Assembly: GCA_016209735.1 (NCBI GenBank)
Contig: JACQVN010000030.1
Span: forward strand, 3,265-67,264
Reading direction: 5' to 3'
DNA length: 64,000 nt
From: Candidatus Methylomirabilota bacterium
GTDB lineage: Bacteria; Methylomirabilota; Methylomirabilia; Methylomirabilales; 2-02-FULL-66-22
Below, piece by piece: positions 59,730 to 64,000 of this stretch (position 1 is its first letter; each line of letters opens with the position of its first letter). The notes under the pieces are model-generated. The model was given only the letters and a program-made list of their open reading frames with translations, was not told the DNA's origin and ran no database searches. A program made the translations under genes and the position numbers.

Positions 59730-60785
59730 ATGCTCTGGCGCGGAGTGATACACCAGTACCGGGAGCACCTGCCGGTCACGGACCGGACGCCCGTGGTGAC
59801 GCTGAACGAGGGAAACACCCCCCTTATCCGGTCGGAGCGCCTGGCCCGCGAGCTGGGCATTCTTTGTCCGGTGTACTTGAAGTACGAGGGGCTGAACCCC
59901 ACCGGATCGTTCAAAGATCGCGGGATGACCTTGGCCATCAGCAAGGCCATGGAGCGGCAGGCCAAGGCGGTCATCTGCGCCTCCACCGGAAATACCTCCG
60001 CCTCCGCCGCAGCCTACGCAGCCCGGGCCGGTCTCGAGGCCTATGTGCTCATCCCCGAAGGGAAGATCGCCCTGGGCAAGCTGGCCCAGGCCATGATTCA
60101 CGGGGCGCAGGTGCTGCAGATTCGTGGGAACTTCGACGACGCGCTCAAGTTGGTGCGGCAGATCTCCGAGCGGCATCCGATCGTCTTGGTCAACTCCCTC
60201 AATCCCGACCGCATCGAGGGACAGAAGACGGGGGCGTTCGAAATCTGCGAGCAGCTCGGCGGCCCCCCCACGCACCACTTCATCCCCGTGGGGAATGCCG
60301 GGAACATCACCGCCTACTGGCGGGGGTACCGGGAATATCACCGATACGGAAAGATTCCTTGGCTGCCCAAGATGATCGGCTGGCAAGCGGAGGGGGCGGC
60401 ACCCATCGTGCGCGGCCATGTGGTCGAGCGGCCGGAGACTGTGGCCTCGGCCATCCGCATCGGGAACCCCGCGAGCTGGCAAGGGGCCGTGGAGGCAGTG
60501 CGGGACTCGCAGGGCGCCATCGACACCGTCTCGGACGAGGAGATCCTGGAGGCCTACGGGCTGCTCACCCGCCTGGAGGGCGTGTTCTGCGAACCCGCCT
60601 CGGCGGCCCCCGTGGCCGGGCTGGCCAAATGGGCCAAGACAGTCGGATTCTCCATGGACGACACGGTGGTCTGCATCCTCACCGGGCATGGTCTGAAGGA
60701 TCCCGACATGGCTGTGCGGCGATCCACTAGGCCCGTCAGCGTCGGGGCGACCATCGCCGAGGTCCTCGACGCCTTGCGGCTCTGA
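59730..60785 (+). CDS. thrC: Threonine synthase
   Basis: NPTGSFKDRG; CASTGNTSAS; PVGNAGNI; TGHGLKD. Confidence 0.98.
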   Translation: MLWRGVIHQYREHLPVTDRTPVVTLNEGNTPLIRSERLARELGILCPVYLKYEGLNPTGSFKDRGMTLAISKAMERQAKAVICASTGNTSASAAAYAARAGLEAYVLIPEGKIALGKLAQAMIHGAQVLQIRGNFDDALKLVRQISERHPIVLVNSLNPDRIEGQKTGAFEICEQLGGPPTHHFIPVGNAGNITAYWRGYREYHRYGKIPWLPKMIGWQAEGAAPIVRGHVVERPETVASAIRIGNPASWQGAVEAVRDSQGAIDTVSDEEILEAYGLLTRLEGVFCEPASAAPVAGLAKWAKTVGFSMDDTVVCILTGHGLKDPDMAVRRSTRPVSVGATIAEVLDALRL

Positions 60786-60975
60786 CCCGCGTTCGGCTCC
60801 TACCAGACAGGATCTCCAGGAGCGCATGGCGCTCCTGGATTCTCCTCCGACATCTTCGCGGCGCGCATGGCGGGACGTGCCTCCCCAATCCTGCCCACCT
60901 CGTCATCCGGACGGGGACGCGTCCGCTCCCCCGCAGCAATGGGAGATTCTTGGAAAGGTGCGGCAAAAAACGTCG

Positions 60976-61005
60976 TTGACAGTCTGCGACATCTCCTGCT
61001 ATCCT
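60976..61005 (+). promoter_or_regulatory. tRNA-Gly promoter
   Basis: TTGACA-18-TATCCT with extended TG. Confidence 0.7.
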
Positions 61006-61016
61006 CCCGATCTATT

Positions 61017-61092
61017 GCGGGAATAGCTCAGTTGGTAGAGCACAACCTTGCCAAGGTTGGGGTCGCGGGTTCGAATCCCGTTTCCCGCTCCA
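61017..61092 (+). tRNA. tRNA-Gly(GCC)
   Basis: GCGGGAA..TTCCCGC acceptor stem, anticodon GCC, TTCGAAT loop, CCA end. Confidence 0.98.
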
Positions 61093-61105
61093 GCGCAAAA
61101 AGGGG

Positions 61106-61144
61106 AAGGGGTTGCGAGGGGGTACCTTGCAACCCCTTGCTTTT
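61106..61144 (+). terminator. Intrinsic terminator after tRNA-Gly
   Basis: aaggggttgcgagg..ccttgcaacccctt + gctttt. Confidence 0.7.
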
Positions 61145-61147
61145 CCG

Positions 61148-61175
61148 TGGTTTTTGCGCTGGGGCGCAAAAACCA
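61148..61175. repeat. Palindrome-family copy
   Basis: tggtttttgcgc-tggg-gcgcaaaaacca. Confidence 0.8.
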
Positions 61176-61238
61176 ACTGGGTGAAACGGGCGTCGATGCA
61201 ATATTCAGGGCTTACCGCAAATGGCCCAATTCGAGTGG

Positions 61239-61267
61239 TTGACCGGTCGCCCCACTTGACCTATGAT
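61239..61267 (+). promoter_or_regulatory. tRNA-Cys promoter
   Basis: TTGACC-17-TATGAT. Confidence 0.75.
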
Positions 61268-61275
61268 CTGATTAC

Positions 61276-61351
61276 GGCGCGGTACCCAAGGGGCTAAGGG
61301 AGAGGTCTGCAAAACCTTTATTCGGCGGTTCGAGTCCGCCCCGCGCCTCCA
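61276..61351 (+). tRNA. tRNA-Cys(GCA)
   Basis: GGCGCGG..CCGCGCC acceptor stem, anticodon GCA, U73 discriminator, CCA end. Confidence 0.97.
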
Positions 61352-61450
61352 GAAAAAACAAGCGGTTAGGGAAGTCGTTCTGATCCCTAACCGCTTTCGT
61401 TTTCCAAAGTCCAAGTTAAATCCAAGTTGTAAGGGCGTTTTTGTGTCCGC

Positions 61451-62752
61451 TCAGGCTCCCCGGTCGGCTGTCGCGGGATCCGGCGTGGCGGGTGCGCTGG
61501 TCCGCTCTTCGAGCCGGGTGACGGCGGCCCGCCCCTTCCCGGGGATGAGGTGGCCGTATAGGTCCACCGTCAGCTTGATGGTGGAATGCCGAAGCTGCTG
61601 CTTGACGTACTGAATGGACTCGCCGGCCTGGAGCAGGGACGAGGCGTAGGTATGGCGCAGCCCGTGAATGCGAAGGTGCCGCAGTCCAGCCCGGGTCAAG
61701 AGCCGGGTCCAGGCGTTCTCAAGGGTGTGGATGTTCAGCGGCTTGGACGGATCCCCCAAGGCCGGGAAGACCCACGGGGACGGCTCCCGTCCGTTCACTG
61801 CCGCTTCAGCGGCCATCATGTCCTGCCGAGCCTGAAGGCGGCTGGCCAGACGAGGCGCCATGTCCACCCGGCCGGATTCTCCGCTTTTCGGCGCCCCGAT
61901 GTAGAGGAGGGGGGTCCGCTCCGGGCGCTTGATCTTCTTCCCGCGCTGCTTCGGGTCCGCGCGATAGATGACGTTGCGGCGCACTTCGAGGAATCCCCCA
62001 CGGAAGTCAAGGTCCCCCCACTGGAGCCCGCAGGCTTCCCCTTCCCGGACGCCCGTCCAAGCCAAGACGTGGCAGAAGTCGGCGTGCTGGGGATACTCCG
62101 TGTCGGCCGTCTTGAGCAGACCCGACAGCTCCTCATCCGTGAGGAAGTCCACCTTGCGCGCCTCGGCTTCTGTCGTGGCGCGGACGTGGCGCATGTGGCG
62201 GGTGGCGGAATTCGCGGCGACAATTCCATCATCCATCGCGGCGAAGAACAGCGCACGGAGGGGAACGATCACCCGGTTGTTGATCGTATTGAGCTTCAGC
62301 CCCTCGGCCCGCTTGGCGGTGAGGATGCCTCGCACCATTTCCCGGGTGACATCGGCCATGGCCACGTTCCCAAGCGTGGGGAGGACGTGCCGCTCAAGCC
62401 CGGCGGTGTACCCATCGGTAGTGTTCGGGCGCCAGTGTGGCCGGTTCGCGGCCAGCCACTTCTCGGCGTAGGCCCGCAGCGTCACCCGTTCCGCGGCCTG
62501 GCGCTGGGCGGCGGCCTGTGCTTCCTGGCGTTCGGCCCGCGGACACCATCCGGGATGCTGGCGCACCCGGAGGCGCCGGGCAGCGTGTTCGTTCTTCGCC
62601 TGCGTCTTGTCCCGCCCGATCTTCTCCTCGTGACGGTGGCCCTGTCCGCAGACAAAGCGGATCGCCCAGTCTCCAGACCTATGCCGAAAAAGCCCTCTTG
62701 GCGCCCCCTTGTCCTTCTTCTTGGTGGTCCGTCCCGTCTTGGCTGTTTCCAC
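61451..62752 (-). CDS. Tyrosine integrase (intact)
   Basis: TGVREGE; PKS; IHGLRHTYAS; QLRHS; VDLYGH; GTG start with SD. Confidence 0.93.
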   Translation of the reverse strand: METAKTGRTTKKKDKGAPRGLFRHRSGDWAIRFVCGQGHRHEEKIGRDKTQAKNEHAARRLRVRQHPGWCPRAERQEAQAAAQRQAAERVTLRAYAEKWLAANRPHWRPNTTDGYTAGLERHVLPTLGNVAMADVTREMVRGILTAKRAEGLKLNTINNRVIVPLRALFFAAMDDGIVAANSATRHMRHVRATTEAEARKVDFLTDEELSGLLKTADTEYPQHADFCHVLAWTGVREGEACGLQWGDLDFRGGFLEVRRNVIYRADPKQRGKKIKRPERTPLLYIGAPKSGESGRVDMAPRLASRLQARQDMMAAEAAVNGREPSPWVFPALGDPSKPLNIHTLENAWTRLLTRAGLRHLRIHGLRHTYASSLLQAGESIQYVKQQLRHSTIKLTVDLYGHLIPGKGRAAVTRLEERTSAPATPDPATADRGA

Positions 62753-62754
62753 GG

Positions 62755-63477
62755 CTACCCCTCCTTCTGCGTTTGCGCCTCGCGCCGGCGAAGCGTCGCG
62801 GGGGTCTCGGCACCTTCCCGGGCGGCCCGCGTGCTGGCCCGGCTCTGACAGGTCCCCGAGCAATACTCCTGCGTCGGCCGGTTCGCGACGAACCACACGC
62901 CGCACATTTCGCCCTCCTTCCCGCGCGAGGCAGGGGCGGGGCATTCCTTCAGCAAGTGACCTGACTCTACGATGAGGCGGACCAAGGCGAACGTTGCCCG
63001 CGTGGGCCACTCAGCCGTGGTGCAGTCCCAGGCCACGAAACGGCCGGCGCCCGAATCCCACACAGCGGCAAGGTCGCTGACCAGCTCTCCCGCCCGGACC
63101 CGCCGTCCCGTTGCCTCCGTGATGATTTCACCGGCGCTGATGCGTTCCCGGCGGACAGCGCGTTGAATTGCCTGGCCGAAAGCCCGTAGAGCCTCCTGTG
63201 CCTCCTCCTCGGTAGGGATGTAGGGTGTCCCCTGCGCGTGGGTCTCGAAGTGGTAAAACCCGGCCATCTCCACGCGCAAATTCTGCCGGTCCCCCGGGGT
63301 CATGTCCTTTGGCTGGCGCTGGACCGCGGCGACAACCCACGCCAGACGCTCGCGAGGCGTGGTCCCGACTCGACGATCCACAAGGTCAATGAACTCGAGC
63401 GCGTCCATCCACTGTTCCTGTGTGAGCGAAGCAAGGCCGGATCCCCGACCGCCTCTCGAGCCGCTCTTCCTGCGCAT
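62755..63477 (-). CDS. Putative regulator with C-terminal CGNR-like zinc finger
   Basis: LKECP...CGVWF......EYCSGTCQSRA; SD AAGGAGG. Confidence 0.7.
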   Translation of the reverse strand: MRRKSGSRGGRGSGLASLTQEQWMDALEFIDLVDRRVGTTPRERLAWVVAAVQRQPKDMTPGDRQNLRVEMAGFYHFETHAQGTPYIPTEEEAQEALRAFGQAIQRAVRRERISAGEIITEATGRRVRAGELVSDLAAVWDSGAGRFVAWDCTTAEWPTRATFALVRLIVESGHLLKECPAPASRGKEGEMCGVWFVANRPTQEYCSGTCQSRASTRAAREGAETPATLRRREAQTQKEG

Positions 63478-63494
63478 AAGGCCTCCTTTGTGCC

Positions 63495-63593
63495 TGTGAC
63501 TACGTGAATAATAGTGGCTAGAAGTCACTATGTCAAGAGAACACTCTATGTGACTGCAATATTTATTGACAGTCACACATGCTTTCGTCAAAA
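63495..63593. promoter_or_regulatory. Divergent promoters with GTGACT..AGTCAC operators
   Basis: Minus TTGACA-17-TATTAT (63536 to 63508); plus TTGACA at 63566; palindromes 63512-63530 and 63549-63577. Confidence 0.7.
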
Positions 63594-63653
63594 TCTGTGC
63601 ATATCAATGCACCCAACCCCACGGCCCGCTCCAGCGGGCAGGAAGGAGCACCC

Positions 63654-63848
63654 ATGGCAGCGATGTTGAACGTCAAGGAGTTGTCCGAAGCGACGGGGGG
63701 GCATGTGAGTCCCTACACATTTCGATCGTGGATTCGCCAGGGCCGGCTCCCCGTGATCCGCCTGGGCCGGCGGATCATGGTCAAAGCGGAGGACTTCGAG
63801 CGCTTCGTCAGCGAGAACCGCGTCCCCGCCCGCGAGCCGGGGCGATGA
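63654..63848 (+). CDS. Excisionase-family HTH protein
   Basis: LNVKEL...VSPYTFRSWIRQGRLPVIRLGRRIMV. Confidence 0.88.
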   Translation: MAAMLNVKELSEATGGHVSPYTFRSWIRQGRLPVIRLGRRIMVKAEDFERFVSENRVPAREPGR

Positions 63849-64000
63849 CCGCGACGGCGGCGACCCTCCCCGCCCTCCGGGTGGACCTGGCGGCCGTGCG
63901 CAATTTCTGGTGCGCGCTGGTACGCCCGGGCGACGTTCACGAAGTGCGGGCGCCGAAGTCCCGCGGGCGGTGGCGCGGTGTCGTGTCCGGGTACTTCGAC
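63845..64000 (+). CDS. 5' end of probable primase/replication protein (truncated by window edge)
   Basis: ATGA overlap with xis; PGDVHEVRA...VSGYFD. Confidence 0.5.
   Translation, partial: MTATAATLPALRVDLAAVRNFWCALVRPGDVHEVRAPKSRGRWRGVVSGYFD

Larger units (their letters stand above)
61352..64000. mobile_element. Left part of a second integrative element, probably integrated at tRNA-Cys
   Basis: Integrase converges on the tRNA 3' end; TCCAAG(T) arm-like repeats 61403-61428; regulator/xis/primase-like order; other att is outside the window. Confidence 0.8.

Overview
GC-rich bacterial chromosome segment. Gene content and style are compatible with a lineage such as Methylomirabilota/NC10, but this is inference only. 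1-13.2 kb: S10(3' part)-spc-alpha ribosomal protein cluster. 13.3-26.0 kb: a LarA-family gene, a second EF-G, and the rimP-nusA-infB-rbfA-truB-ribF operon. 26.0-40.7 kb: a 14.7-kb tyrosine-integrase element inserted in the last codons of ribF, bounded by an 18-bp direct repeat. It carries a frameshifted integrase, excisionase-like genes, a Prim-Pol/wHTH replication gene with internal repeats, TA genes, an ImmR/atypical-ImmA pair and a duplicated ~0.78-kb cassette encoding small hydrophobic peptides joined to an ImmA C-terminal fragment. 40.8-44.4 kb: rpsO-pnp-M16 peptidase. 44.4-51.8 kb: accessory catabolic block (lactonase, internally deleted corrinoid protein, non-pyrrolysine MtmB homologue, class III CoA-transferase, TctCBA). 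52.4-60.8 kb: purBCSQL, hom, thrC. 61 kb: tRNA-Gly and tRNA-Cys, then the left end of a second, related integrative element. Intergenic gaps of the core operons hold several repeat families: a TGGTTYTTGCG..CGCAARAACCA palindrome, inverted 7/8/9-mer tandem arrays and GTAG-type REPs. All family assignments come from motif recognition by eye; no database search was run.
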